Assembly: GCF_006345805.1 (NCBI RefSeq)
Contig: NC_043022.1
Span: 1,178,001-1,242,000, forward strand
DNA from: Octopus sinensis
Lineage: Eukaryota
Direction: 5' to 3'
Length of the DNA stretch: 64,000 bases
The notes under the pieces were generated by a model. That model searched no databases and was not told the DNA's origin. It saw nothing but the letters and a program-made list of their open reading frames with translations. Positions 35,911 through 49,783 of the stretch are shown one piece after another. The position numbers and the translations under genes were made by a program. Every line of letters begins with the position of its first letter. Positions within the stretch are counted from its first letter, which is position 1.

Positions 35911-36128
35911 GTGGAGGTGCGTGGCTTAGTGGTTAGGGTGTCAGCACCATGATTTTAAGATTGTGGTTTTGATTCCTGGACTGGGCGACGCGTTGTGTTC
36001 TTGAGCAAAACACTTCATTTCACGTTGCTCCAGTCCACTCAGCTGGCAAAAATGAGTAACGCTGCGATGGACTGGCGTCCCGTCCAGCTGGGGAACACAT
36101 ATGCCATTGAAACCAGGAAACCGGGCCC
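35911..36128 (+). mobile_element. SINE D-type head with short tail
   Basis: Similarity to 22898. Confidence 0.75.
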
Positions 36129-36160
36129 ATTTATTTTTTTTATTATATAAAATATGTATC

Positions 36161-36193
<33 letters not shown>

Positions 36194-36411
36194 GTATCTG
36201 TGTGCGTATATATAATATATGTGTGTGCCAGTGTATGTGTATGTATTTATATGTGTGTGTATATATAATGCGTGTTTGAGAGTGTGTGTGTATGAGTATG
36301 TATTTATATGTGTGTGAGTGTGTATGTGTGTGTATATATATGTGTGTTTGTGTGTGTGAGTGTGTATGTTGTGTGTGTATGTGTGTGTGTGTGTATACAT
36401 ATGTATGTGTG

Positions 36412-36700
36412 TGAAGGTGAGTGGCCGAGTGGTTAGGATTTTGCACTCACAATCGTGAGATTGTGGGTTCGATTCTTGAGTGGGACAGCACATTGTATTC
36501 TTGAGCAAAACACTTTATATCACACTGGTCCAGTCCACACAGCTGTAAATAGGTCATCCTGTGACAGAATAGTTTTCTGACCAAGGGAAATGTTGACCTG
36601 CTCCCAGCAGGATGGCTTCATTCAAAAGCTAAAACAATGCAAAGCGCATTGTGACCAGCGATGTATAACAACATCCAATAGTCGGGTCAGCACTATAATA
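36412..36700 (+). mobile_element. SINE D-type, diverged
   Basis: Similarity to 22898 and to the 22040 tail. Confidence 0.65.
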
Positions 36701-37124
36701 CCATGAAATGTATACAGGTAACTGTCTTCATTGGGCAACCAAAGCCTTGTGAGTGGATTTGGTAGATGAAAGCTGAAAGAGGCTCATCTCAGACATGTTG
36801 GCATAAAGGACATACTATACTAATGTTTCACTCTTGCTGATTACTATTCATTCTCAGGCTGTGTTTATGTTTTTAACACTGTTGACACCACTGGATTGAG
36901 TGGTGCTGTCCAGGTGTCGAAACCATAATGATATCTGTTTGGCAGCTGATGATGGGAATACACATTTTGATTTTCATTCTTTGAGAATTCCTTATATCTT
37001 AGTCTCATTATTCTGAGTTGTCCTTCATTCTAGTAAAGTGGAAAGTGTTTGTGGATTCATGGTTTGTGGAGGTTGGGTAAAAGGATAAAGAACCCCTTTG
37101 ATAATGAATGACTATGAGATGTGC

Positions 37125-37530
37125 CTAGACAGTTACCCTCCAAGGCACAAGTCCAGGTAAGGTTGTTTATGGAAGACCAGCAATTGCCCATGTATACCAG
37201 CCTCCCTTCTCCGTGCCACCAATGTTGTCATGGGGAAAGGCAAAGGCTAATGCAGCATGGAACAAATGATGTTTCTACAGCTGAGTGAATGGAGCAACGT
37301 GAAATAAAGTGTCTTGCTCAAGAACACAACACACAGGCCAGTCTGGGAATTACAACCACAATCTGGCACTAGTAGAGTAAATTTAATCTAAAGGGTAAAG
37401 ACCCCTCTTGGTCACAATTCATTTCTACAGCTGAGTGAACTGGAGCAACGTAAAATAAAGTGTCCTGACAAGAACACAACACACCGCCTCGTCCAGGAAA
37501 TGAACTCACTACATCATAGTTGTGAACCCG
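37125..37530 (-). mobile_element. Two SINE D pieces
   Basis: Reverse complement of the D core, twice. Confidence 0.65.
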
Positions 37531-37624
37531 GTTGTTTTCCTTCATATATAATCTTATTAGGCTTCAATATCACTTAGATATTAGTGTCTGGTTCTAGAAG
37601 TTTCTGTGATGTGTGTGTGTGTGT

Positions 37625-37800
37625 ATAAGTGAGTAAGCACATGAATATGAAACAAGGTGGAAAGAAATATTACTCAAATACCAAAGGTAGAATTATATGC
37701 TCTCACAATTTTTATTCCATTCTTGGTCACAACTGCCCAACGTAGCAGTTTTTTGTGATATTTTTGTGATGTTTTTGCAGCTTTAATAATAAAGTGTATA
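37625..37800. mobile_element. Centre-deleted copy of the 8187-8450 remnant
   Basis: Shared TAAGCACAT..TGAAACAAGGTG and TAGCAGTTTTTTGTGA..CAGCTTTAATAATAAAG. Confidence 0.7.
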
Positions 37801-38500
37801 TATGTATAGTTAAAGTTAATCCAAACAAGAAAACACAAAAAAACACAACAACGCGAGGACGTGGAACAAATATAGTATTATTGGACGCTCAGGAAAGAAG
37901 GAAAGAAGGAGGGTTTAACGTTTTGAGCGGAGCTCTTCGTCGGAAACATAGGAGAAAGGAAAGAGCCAGAGAAGGGAAGACAGAGGAAAAAAAATCGCCA
38001 ACGGTACACACGCGGTCACATTTTGAATGTGTATGTATATATATATATATAAGGAGTAATGGAGGTTTAAACAAGCAGAAGGTGAATGACAAATGGATAG
38101 AAATGATAAAGGAAAGAATGGGATGTGTGGGAGGAAAAGAATAAAGTGAAAATTGCAGATATTATTAAGTAAGGGGGGTGGATATTATTTGAGATAACCG
38201 AAAGTGTGTTTTTTACAACATATATATATATATATGTATATAGGCATAGGAGTGGCTGTGTGGTAAATAGCTTGCAGCGATTTCTGCCCCGCTGCCCCGA
38301 ATGTCAAAGTGAAGAAGTTCCAAAGAGAGTGTGGCACCTTAGGCATACACACACACATATACAGCAAAAGGTATGGTGTATCTTGAGCAGAGCTACTCCA
38401 TACAATAATTAACATAAATCATTGAACACCAATAACAAATAGAAAGACTGAGATTATGTCAACTTGTAAACACAAGATGAAATTTTCCCTATCTCTTTCT

Positions 38501-38926
38501 GGTGCTACTTTAGCCTGCAGTCAACTGCTGTATCCTGCTTTTGCATGCATTTTACCACAGCATCCTGTCTACATTGTGAAATTACTTTAAGCATGCGGTC
38601 TACCTTTTCCTACTATTTTATACTTTGGTATGCGATCTACCTCCACTATAAGAACTTTATGTTACAGGATGATAAAAATAAATTGAATAGTATTGAATAA
38701 TGATTTATTAATAACTTAGACTTAAATCACAATTAACGATACACACTTCGTACATCATTTATGAACACCACAAACAAATCTGTATGTCTATAGAAATCCT
38801 TTAAACAGTATTGTAATGGCGAAAACTTACACAGGCTAAGAAGGTAAGAAAAGGTAGACCGTACGCTGAAAGTAATTTCAGAGCGTAGACAGGATATTGT
38901 AGTAGACCGCACGCTAAAGTAACACC
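38501..38926. mobile_element. Merlin-like MITE (GG termini, 8-bp TSD)
   Basis: CTCTTTCT|GGTGCTACTTTAGC ... GCTAAAGTAACACC|CTCTTTCC; subterminal GCGGTCTAC repeats. Confidence 0.72.
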
Positions 38927-39229
38927 CTCTTTCCTTTACAGAATCTCAACTCATTGGAATTCTTTCTTGCATATATTTTACCTGAACTCTGTGCTGGATG
39001 AAGATGAAAATAAGCCCTAGGCTACTCTACTTGTGAGACCTTTGCCAAAAGTTTATGACAGCATCAAAGACATTACACACCTTGGTCGGAGGTCCTCTAT
39101 ATCTAGGGTTTCAGGCGGTGGAACCTTTAGCAAAAACCCAGCACTGCCTGCAACTGTCCCCATGCATCTGTAAAAAAGGAACAATAACCACATCAATCTC
39201 ATTGGTTAACTTCCCAGAAACATTAAGTA

Positions 39230-39406
39230 GGCGCAAGAGTGGCTGTGTGGTAAGTAGCTTACTTACCAACCACATGGTTCCGGGTTCAGTCCCACTGCGT
39301 GGCACCTTGGACAAGTGTCTTCTGCTATAGCCTTGGGCCGACGAAAGCCTTGTTAGTGGATTTGGTAGACAGAAACTGAAAGAAGCCCGTCATATATATG
39401 TATATG

Positions 39407-39439
<33 letters not shown>

Positions 39440-39640
39440 TTATGTATCTGTGTTTGTCCTCCCAACATCACTTGACAACCAATACTAGTGTGTTTACGTC
39501 CACGTAACTTAGCGGTTTGGCAAAAGAGACCGATAGAATAAGTACTAGGCATCCAAAGAATAAGTCCTGGGGTCGATTTGCTCGACTGAAGGCGGTGCTC
39601 CAGCATGGCCACAGTCAAATGACTGAAACAAGTAAAAGAG
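39230..39640 (+). mobile_element. SINE A
   Basis: Family similarity. Confidence 0.85.
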
Positions 39641-40013
39641 CAAGAGAGTATTGAGTGAACTGGAAGGACACTAAATGAAGCTTTTTGCTGAAGAACAAAA
39701 TGTGCCGCCTGCTTCAGGATTTGAAACCACAACCTCATGATCACAAGTGCAGCACCCTAACACTTGGCCACATACCTACACAACATAGACAACTAAGAAA
39801 GCAATTAGCAAAAGCTTAGCTCATGTTACTAAACCATATTTGCCAACCAGGAACAGTTTGGCTGTACTTATAAGTACAAGAGAAATGCACTTCATTATTC
39901 TAATCTAATATAATTTATGAAGTAGAGTTTGATGAGACAAGACCACAATTGCATCATGTGTGTGTGCAGACCAGGTAGAGAAGAGGAAGAAAAACAGGAT
40001 AATATATACGGAT

Positions 40014-40014
<1 letters not shown>

Positions 40015-40102
<88 letters not shown>

Positions 40103-40108
40103 ATATAT

Positions 40109-40149
<41 letters not shown>

Positions 40150-40539
40150 ATACATATATGTACATATATCTCTATATATAAAATCTATATATATATATAT
40201 ATATGAACATATATGTACGTATATATATATATGTGTGTGTGTGTATGTATGTATGTATTTATATATGTATGTGTATATGTATATCTATGTATGTGTGTGC
40301 ATAGTGCATATTTATATATATGTATGTATGTATGTATGTGTATATATATATGTATAAATATATATATATGTGTGTTTTTATATATATATATACATGTATG
40401 TATATATATATATATATATATATATGTACAAATTATATGTATATATATATATATGTAAACATATGTAAATATATACATGTTTATATCAAATATTCATGTA
40501 TATGTAAATACATGTGTGTGTGTTTATATATATGTGCAC

Positions 40540-40572
<33 letters not shown>

Positions 40573-40630
40573 ATATAGATATATATATATATATATGCAT
40601 ATATATATATATGCATATATATATATATGC

Positions 40631-40684
<54 letters not shown>

Positions 40685-40740
40685 ATATATATATATATGC
40701 ATATATATATATATGCATATATATATATATATATATATAT

Positions 40741-40775
<35 letters not shown>

Positions 40776-40790
40776 TACATATGCACAGAA
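40015..40790. repeat. Compound (TA)n/(TG)n/(CA)n tract
   Basis: Direct reading; similar tracts at 54430-54880 and 55825-56022. Confidence 0.95.
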
Positions 40791-41163
40791 CTGTTAAATG
40801 CTTCTGACCCAACTAGTTCCGTTATTGTTAATTAAATTGCACTTTTATTCTTTTTTCTGTTTCTTTTTCAGGATAGGCTGGAGTGTAAACTCTCTCGCTT
40901 CCTCTCCCATTAACCCAATCCAAACCTGCACACACACACACACACACACAGACACACACACACACAGACACACACACACACATAATGTGGAAGACACCCA
41001 CATCTTTTTAACTGAGGACATATATATACACACACACAGACATAGGCACACATATACATACATGTGTACAATGGACATATAATAAGTATACAACCTGCTT
41101 TGTTGGGCAATGAATACACAGGCAAATAAAACACATACCGCATATATACATACATACATATAT

Positions 41164-41442
41164 TACATATTATATCATCATCATCATCATCATCATCATT
41201 TAACTTCTGTTTTCCATGCTGGCATGGGTTGGACAGTTCGACAGGAGTCTGGGAAGCCAGGAGGCCGCACCAGGCTCTAATCTGATCTAGCAGTGTTTCT
41301 ATGGCTGGATGCCCTTCCTAACGCCAACTTCTCCAAGAGTGTAGTGGTTGCTTTTTATGTGCCACCAGCACAGGGGCCAGAGGGGGCTAGCATCGACCGC
41401 GTTGAGATGGTGCTTTTTACGTGCCATCAGCACGGGAGCCAT
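41164..41442 (-). mobile_element. SINE B
   Basis: Family similarity. Confidence 0.8.
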
Positions 41443-41454
41443 ATATATATATAT

Positions 41455-41742
41455 AGGTGTGGCTGTGTGGTAAGTAGCTTGCTTCCCTGTCACATAGTTC
41501 CGGGTTCAGTCCCACAGCGTGGCACCTTGGGCAGGTGTCTTCTACTATAGCCTCGGTCTGACCAAAGCCTTGTGAGTGGATTTTGTAGATGGAAACTTAA
41601 AGAAGCTTGTTGTCTATATATATATATATATTGGTCGGTCCGAGGCTATAGTAGAAGAAACCAAGGAGTGACGCAGTAGAACTGAACCCGGAACCATGTG
41701 GTTGGTAAGCAAGCTTCTTACCACACAGCCACTCCTGCACCT
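41455..41742. mobile_element. Two SINE A 5' halves in inverted orientation around (TA)n
   Basis: 41455-41615 (+) and 41633-41742 (-). Confidence 0.75.
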
Positions 41743-41922
41743 ATACATATATACTTAATATTATCAAAGGGTAATCGGAAATATTAGAAATTTCCATTAC
41801 TAGTGGCCTGGCGTGTAAAAGTTTAGTCAATAGATTATATATTATTCATATAAATACAGTGTGCATTTAAACACAAAAGAGGTAGTCCTATGATGGCTAC
41901 CTCTTTTTTATTTAAATGTACA

Positions 41923-41963
<41 letters not shown>

Positions 41964-42994
41964 TACATAGAAGTAAATATATGGCACAACGAAGTACCGA
42001 TATTTACTGGAAAATAGCGAATGTAATAATACGACGCTAATGTATAGCTTCACCGCGTATGTACTAGCAAAAATGCGTGAGTGCAACAAACTTGAAAAAT
42101 TGTCTTACCTCCAGGGAGAACATCTGAAAGATGAAATACCTAGAAAAGGATAATGTGGGACTGGGACCGGTTTCAGATTTTTCAAGATATGCCTGCACAC
42201 ATATACTTGATCTATCTTCATCAGCCAAACATATACCACAACAACATTTCAGATGTTACCACATTAATGCCAATACACTCGACTGAAACGCTAAAACGCT
42301 GACAGAACGATGTCATATATATATGCAGCAAAGTAGCTAGTTCTAAAAATCTCTATACAAGACACAAGTAATAACTCTACTGAGCAGTAATGGTTGTTAC
42401 CACTTCAATTTGGTTGTTCCATACAGAACACGGCTACTGCTTTTTTCAGCCCCAGGAGGACATTTCCTTCAGCTGGTTAACAACACACTTTCTGTGTCTG
42501 TTGTATTGCAAACAAGAATCGAATAACTCCCATCCAGCATTGACAGGAACCAATAGACCAGCTGGTTTCTGGGTATTACCCTTCCTTGATACTGGTTATA
42601 CCCATCTGCTAGACATGGCAGTTGTTCTTCCCACTTCATATATATCTAAATATTTATATCTACATACATTCAGAACTGTAACCACACATTGGCTATTGGC
42701 AATTTCCTTCTTCTTCTTTGGACTTTTCCCTTTCTCCTTTCCAACAAAGAGCTGCTGTTTGAAACATTAAAAACTTTCTCCTCTCACTGAGTGTCAGACT
42801 AATATAATTCTCGTGCATATATTTGTTTTTTTTTGTTCTCTTTTTGTTTTTATTCAATTTTTGAATCATTTGTTCATTGAATTGACTATGTACATTCATA
42901 TATGTATATGAATATATATATATATATATATATATTAATAGTATAGTAGGTACATAGTATAGTAGGGTCAGTTGGGCACTGTTTGTGAGAAAAA

Positions 42995-44157
42995 CAGTGC
43001 CATGTCACAATTCACTCTGCCAGAAATTTGGAAACGACATGCTGTATTACTTGGCATTCACACAAGAAGCTCCAATATGAACAGATGGTGAACATACAGA
43101 GCAAAGGTGTTTGCTTGCCATGTCCCTAAAACACGTACTGAGAGTGATAAAAATCAAACATTCAGACAACATCATGGTGTTTGGAGTGGTCACTAGTGAT
43201 GGCGACATTATGCCTCCATTTATCTTTCCACAAGGCCTCAGACTCAACACGGAGGTCAACGTCAAGTGCCCGGAGGAGGTAGTGCTGCTTTGGGTCAAGA
43301 GGGTGGCAACAGGACTCTGCACCATGCCACACAAGCAGGAGAACCCAGTCATGGCTGTCAGACAATTTCTGCGACCACATCACCCCTAACATCTGGCCAC
43401 CTAACTCCCCAGACTGCAACTCACTCCCTTGATTATTATGTGTGGGGCTCAGTTGAGGGAGAGACCAACAAAACTGCTTGTAACACCAACGATGAACTGA
43501 AGGCAAGGATTACGGCAGCATTCACCAACTTAAACAAGGAGACTGTCCAGAAGAGTTGCAGGAGATTCCAAAGTTGTCTGGAGGCCATGGTCGAAGCCAA
43601 TGGAGATTTTATTTAAATAAATTTACTCGTTAGTAGGCACAGTAGTGGCTGTGTGGTAAGTAGCTTGCTAACCAACCACATGGTTCCGGGTTCAGTCCCA
43701 CTGCGTGGCATCTTGGGAAAGTTTCTTCTACTATAGCCTTGGTCCAACCAATGTCTTGTGAGTGGATTTGGTAGACGGAAACTGAAAGAAGCCTGTCGTA
43801 TATATGTATATATATATATATGTGTATGTGTTTGTGTGTCTGTGTTTGTCCCCCCAACATCGCCTGACAACCGATGCTGGTATGTTTACATCCCCGTCAC
43901 TTAGCGGTTCGGCAAAAGAGACGGATAGAATAAGTACTGGGCTTACAAAGAATAAGTCCCGGGGGTCGATTTGCTCGACTAAAGGCGGTGCTCCAGCATG
44001 GCCGCAGTCAAATGACTGAAACAAGTAAAAGAGTAAAAGAGAGTAGTATTTCAAGATAATTTTATGTAATTTTGGTAAATACATCTGTTAAAATGAGATG
44101 TCAGTGTTATTTTTCATTTTCATGTAATTTAGGCGACTATATAATCACTGCACCCTG
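42995..44157 (+). mobile_element. Internally deleted Tc1/mariner (probably maT/DD37D-like) interrupted by SINE A
   Basis: KHSDNIMVFGVVTSDG, LDYYVWG, C-terminal GDFI; right end CACTGCACCCTG|TA. Confidence 0.8.
43636..44044 (+). mobile_element. SINE A inserted in the mariner 3' UTR
   Basis: Family similarity; flanks rejoin as in 4484-4649. Confidence 0.85.
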
Positions 44158-44219
44158 TACGTACATAACACAAGCATACATAGACAGACACACACAGAAA
44201 GAGATTTTGCATTTGGAAT

Positions 44220-44795
44220 AATCTCTTTCAAGCTCTCTCTCTTTCCTCTCTTTTTCCCTCCCTTCCTCTGTCAGTCTGTCACCCTTTCTCTTTCCCCTTC
44301 TTCCCCTCTTAATTGTCTCTCACTCTTCCCCCTCCATCCCTATTTCAGTCAGATTCTCTTTCTCTCTTTCTCCCTTTCCTGTCCTCCTCTCTCTTCCCTA
44401 CCTCTCTCAATCACTCCTCACTCTCTCCGTCTCTCTTCTCCTCCTTCTTTGTCTATCTACCCCCCTCTCCTCACTCTCTGTCTCTCTTTCTTCCCCTCCC
44501 TCCCTGTTCTCCCCTCTCTCTGTCTCTCTTTCTTTCGCTTCCATCTTTCTGTTTTTCTCTTCTCTCCTCCATATCTCTGTTCCCCACCCTCTGCCTATGT
44601 TACTGTTTCTCTTCTCTCCCCCCCTCTCTGTCTCTCTATCTCTTTCTCTTTCCCTCCTCTTCTGTCTATGTCTCTCTCCACTTCCTCTCTCTCTCTCTTC
44701 CCCCTCCTTCTGTCTATCTGTCTCTCTCCGCTTCTTCTCTCTCTCTTCCCTCTCTATCTATCTATTTATCTGCCTCTTCCTCCTCTCTTTCTCTA
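44220..44795. repeat. CT-rich low complexity (also 45160-45450)
   Basis: Direct reading. Confidence 0.9.
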
Positions 44796-45654
44796 AATAA
44801 ATCCAAAATTGCGTTGTGTCAGAATGGAAAGTCATTAACATTTAAAAGTGAAAGACGAGCCCCCCCCCCCGACAGGAGCAAGATAGATAGATAGGGAGAG
44901 AGAGAGGGGGAAGTGAGAAAGAGTGAGAGATAGGGAGAGAGAGAGATACCAATGGTGGTGTTGGTATGTTGTTACCTTCCAGGTAAGAAGAATATTAAAA
45001 AAGTTGTCAGACAGGGTTAAAGAGACGAAAAACAATGGAAAAGAGTGGAGTGCAGTTGTTGTGGTTGTTGTTGCTGCTGCTGCTGTTTAGCCCTAGGTCA
45101 GTGACCTGATGGAACCGGCTTACCATTATGTAACATGTTCCAGCTGAAAATTTCTCTCTCTCTCTCTTTCGTTTTTTCTCTCGTTCTTCCTTTCTTTCTT
45201 TCTTTTCCTTTCTTTTTGCCTTCCTTCTTTTCTTTCTTTCTATCTTTCTTTCTTCCCTTTCCTTTCTTTTTCGTTGGTTAGTTTCATTCTTTCTTCCTTT
45301 TTCTTTCCTTCTTTCTTTTCCTTCCGCCTCTCTTTTTCTTTTTTTCTTCTTTTTCTTGCTTCCCTCCTTCTTTTCTTTCCATCTTTCTTCCTTCCTCCTA
45401 TTCCTCTGTTCCTTCCTCCCTCACTTCCCTCTTTCCTCTCTTCCTTTCTCTTGTGGCGTGTGTGTGTGTGTGTGTGTGTGATGGGTTCCTGCAGTTTTTA
45501 GCTAATAATGTCTCCTCTTTTGTGTTCTTTTTAAAACAGTAAGGTGTGATTTCTGGGAAGAGGAGTTTTTTTTTTGCTGTTGTTTCTAGACGGCAGAACG
45601 ACTATGTAGGGTTCCGTCGTTGGTCTGAGAGATGCCCATGGTATACAGAGAGGT

Positions 45655-46019
45655 AGATAGACAGACAGACAGATAGATAGATAGACAGATAGATGGATAG
45701 ATAGATAGATAGAGAGAGAGATATGTTTCTTTATTAGCCACACAGGGCTGCACACAGACAGGACAAATTACAAGGTAGAGCTTTTCTTTTGGGGGTAAAA
45801 AAAGGGGGTTTGGTTTTCGATCAAAAGGGATCGTAAAGGGAAAGAAAGAGGACAGAAAAAGGGGGGAATAAAATTTTTTAAAAAAGGGGGGGGGAGAAAG
45901 GAAAAAAAAGATAGATAGATAAGTAAATAGATTTGTTGACAGATTTAGAAGATAGGAAGGTAGATAGGTAGCGAGATAGATAGACAGATAGATAGACAGG
46001 TAGACGGATAGATAGATAT

Positions 46020-46080
<61 letters not shown>

Positions 46081-46122
46081 CAGATAGATAGACAGATAGA
46101 TAGACAGGTAGACGGATAGACG

Positions 46123-46156
<34 letters not shown>

Positions 46157-46197
46157 CAGATAGATAGACAGGTAGACGGATAGACGGATGATAGATA

Positions 46198-46232
<35 letters not shown>

Positions 46233-46318
46233 TAGATAGATAGATAGATCTATAGATAGATAGATAGATAGATATATAGATAGATAGATAGACAGAAGAT
46301 ATAGATAGATAGATAGAC

Positions 46319-46364
<46 letters not shown>

Positions 46365-46373
46365 CAGACAGAC

Positions 46374-46444
<71 letters not shown>

Positions 46445-46459
46445 CAGACAGATAGATAT

Positions 46460-46500
<41 letters not shown>

Positions 46501-46517
46501 CAGGTAGACGGATAGAC

Positions 46518-46552
<35 letters not shown>

Positions 46553-46575
46553 GAGAGAGACAGACGAATAGATAG
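45655..46575. repeat. (AGAT)n array on both sides of the Tx1 fragment
   Basis: Direct reading. Confidence 0.95.
45726..45909 (-). mobile_element. 5'-truncated Tx1 3' UTR inside (AGAT)n
   Basis: Reverse complement has GATCCCTTTTGATCG..AAAAGAAAAGCTCT..CAGCCCTGTGTGGCTAATAAAGAAA, as at 2041-2157. Confidence 0.85.
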
Positions 46576-47436
46576 ATACCTACACACACACACACACATA
46601 CATCGGTTGTGACAGACAGGCATTAAACAGACGGAGATATAAAATAGAGGAAAACGATAAGTTGTAATGTGTGAGAGGGAGGGAGGGAGAGAGAGAGAGA
46701 GAGATGTAGTTTCAGGAATGCGTGGAAGAGGAAGTAGAGGTTAAGGAAGTGAGAGAGAGAGAGAGGGAAAAGGAAGATGAGAGAAAGAGAGGGAGGGAGA
46801 GGGAGAGAGCGAGACTTATAGACATGTGGAGGTATGCATTTGTTTTGATGTGTGTATGTGTAATTGCGTATGTGTGTGTGAGAGAGAGAAAGAGGGAGAG
46901 AGAGAGAGAGAGAGGGATATCGTGTATGAATGCAAATGTGTGCGATCATATGTATATGTATCTACGTACACGTATGTGTGTGTGTGTATGTGTGTGTGAG
47001 AGAGATACTGAAAGAGAGAGAGTGAGATCGTGTGTGTGTGTGTGCGTGTGTACCGCAACAGATTCAGGAAATGGAGACCGGGAGAGATTGGAGTGAGACA
47101 GGTAAGCCTCACAAAGACAAACAGATGGAATGGCAGGATAAACCGTACGGGGCCCGGCCGACGGGCGGCGATTTAAAGACATGCGATATGAAAGACGGTG
47201 GTGGTGGTGGTGATGGCGGGGGTCCCCTGTAATAGACGTTGTCAAGGACCATTTATTACACTACACAAATAAACAAGCGAATGCTTGAAGCCCCCCCAGG
47301 GATGTTTTAGGGGTCAAAGGAAATAAGGAAACCTAATAACTATCAACTCTCGTAAAACACCTTTCATTTTAGGAGTGTGTAAATATCTTTAATATCAGGA
47401 GTCATTCTATCCGCCATCGCTTTCTCGTAAACTTTA

Positions 47437-47837
47437 ATACTCTTTTACTTGTTTCAGTCATTTGACTGCGGCCATGCTGGAGCAACCGCCTTTAGTCGAG
47501 CAAATCGACCCCGGGACTTATTCTTTATAAGCCCAGTACTTATTCTATCGGTCTCTTTTGCCGAACCGCTAAGTAACGGGGATGTAAACACACCAGCATC
47601 GGTTGTCAAGCAATGCTAAGGGGACAAACACAGACACACAAACATACACGCACACACACATATATACATATATACGACGGGCTTCTTTTAGTTTCCGTCT
47701 ACCAAATCCACTCACAAGGCTTTGGTCGGCCCGAGGCTCTAGTAGAAGACACTTGCCCAAGGTACCATGCAGTGGGACTGAACCCAGAAGCATGTGGTTG
47801 GTAAACAAGCTACTTACCACACATTCCTGCGCCTATA
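47437..47837 (-). mobile_element. SINE A
   Basis: Family similarity. Confidence 0.85.
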
Positions 47838-48714
47838 ATGTTTTATATTTTATTATTTATTTCTTTCAGTCATGATAACCTGTCCAACTCATGCCAGCAT
47901 GGAAAGTGGAATGTAAAATAACAATAATGGTGATAATATATATATATATACATACATATATAAGGTAACATCCGGTGTGGTGTCAGAGGCGGCTCGCGCC
48001 TTCCTCCTACGTCTCTTGTCTGTAAGCGCGTCTCTTCTTTGTTCCTCAAACATGTTCCTCATATATATATATATATATATATATATGTTAACAATTGCAA
48101 CATGGAAGGTGTTTGTAAGCCATTTAAGAAACACACAAAAGCCGTTGAAGTGAATCAAACGGCTTTTGTGTGTTTCTTAAACGGCTTACAAACACCTTCC
48201 ACGCTGCAATTGTTTTCGTTTCAGCACACGATCTCAGATCAAATCACTTGCCATGCAAGTACATCTCCGTAATATATATATGTTGTAAATGTACTATTAT
48301 TTTCTTTCCGTTGTATAACTGAAAGGTGTTTTTCTGTTGTATATGTATAATTCTTTTTCTGTTGCACTTTTATTATTTCATCATGTATTCTATACGTATT
48401 TTTTAGCTGGTTTGTTCTTGTTTTTGCTCTTGTATACATTTGTCTGCTTTTCCCAGAAGCCTAATCTTCTGGCGCTTGCCGGAATCTAGTGGTCTCAATG
48501 GTAAAAAGTATGAAACTGTTAGGACATTCTGGATATTGACTGACGAGGAAATTGGCTGCGAATGGGCTGTGTATCTTGTTTTTATCCAGTTTCCTGTTTG
48601 TTATGTTATCATCCTAGTTTTCCGTATGTTTTTTGTTGGATTTCCACTTGATGTGTTTTCTTCTTGTTGTGTTCTTTCTGTTCAAACGGACCTCATGGAG
48701 GCGATGACAAGTGA

Positions 48715-49272
48715 CCGAGACCTTTAGAGATATGTTGTGCTTGAGAAGACCCGGCAAGCCAAGTGAGACCGTTACCGTGGCCTATGCCAGTGCAGCATAA
48801 CCGGCCCATTTAAGATTACCCTTCAATAATTAGGCAATAAAATGCACTTGCGAAGACCTGTTGAGTCAAGTTTGATTGGCACCCAAGCCAGTGGAACTTA
48901 AAAAGTACTATTCAAGCATGGTCAATACTAGTGCCGCCTGACTGGTCCCATGCTAGTGGCACTTAAAAATCAATATTCGAGCATGATTGTTGCCAGTGCC
49001 GGCTGACTGGCTCCCATGCCAGTGGCATGTAAAAAAGCACCACTCAAGCATTTACAATGCCAGTACTACCTGACTGGCCCTCATACTCATGGAACATAAA
49101 AAACACTCACTACACTCTTGGAGTGGTTGGCATTAGGAAGGGCATCTAGCTGTAGAAACTTTGCCAGATCAGATTGGAATCTGGTGGGGCCTTCTGGCTT
49201 GACAGCCCTCAGTCAAACCATCCAACCCATGCCAGCATGGAAAGCAGACGTTAAATAACAATGATGATGATG
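48715..49272 (+). mobile_element. SINE B long form with several ~75-bp internal repeats
   Basis: Repeated GCCAGTGCC..CTGACTGG..CATG..TGGCA modules, (GAT)n tail. Confidence 0.8.
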
Positions 49273-49273
49273 G

Positions 49274-49306
<33 letters not shown>

Positions 49307-49735
49307 TATTATATATATATATATATCTTCAGAAGCGCGATAAGAAGCCGAAAGGGTATGCTCCCACTTTCAGTGTTTTCAAATCCAAACCAAGGAGTTC
49401 TGAGCTGATGATAGAAATGTCGAGTTGACTAATCTTGAAACGTACGTTCTCAAATAACCTTTGCATTTGATTTTTTAATGTCTTTACCCCCATACTTTCG
49501 TGAGTTGAATTGAGCAAACACTATATGAGAGAGGTTTTCTTTAAGTATTAGAATAGTTTTAAAAAAGTTTTTTTAGCTACTATTTCTAATGAGTTCAGTA
49601 TGCGGCAAAGTAAATTTATTTTACTAAGCCCTTTTATATAATGTAATAATTTGAATTCGCCTTAAATGGTCCCTTTGCATACTGAATACTTGGTGAAATT
49701 GATTAATAATTAATTAATTTTACCCTCAATTGTTG

Positions 49736-49780
<45 letters not shown>

Positions 49781-49783
<3 letters not shown>

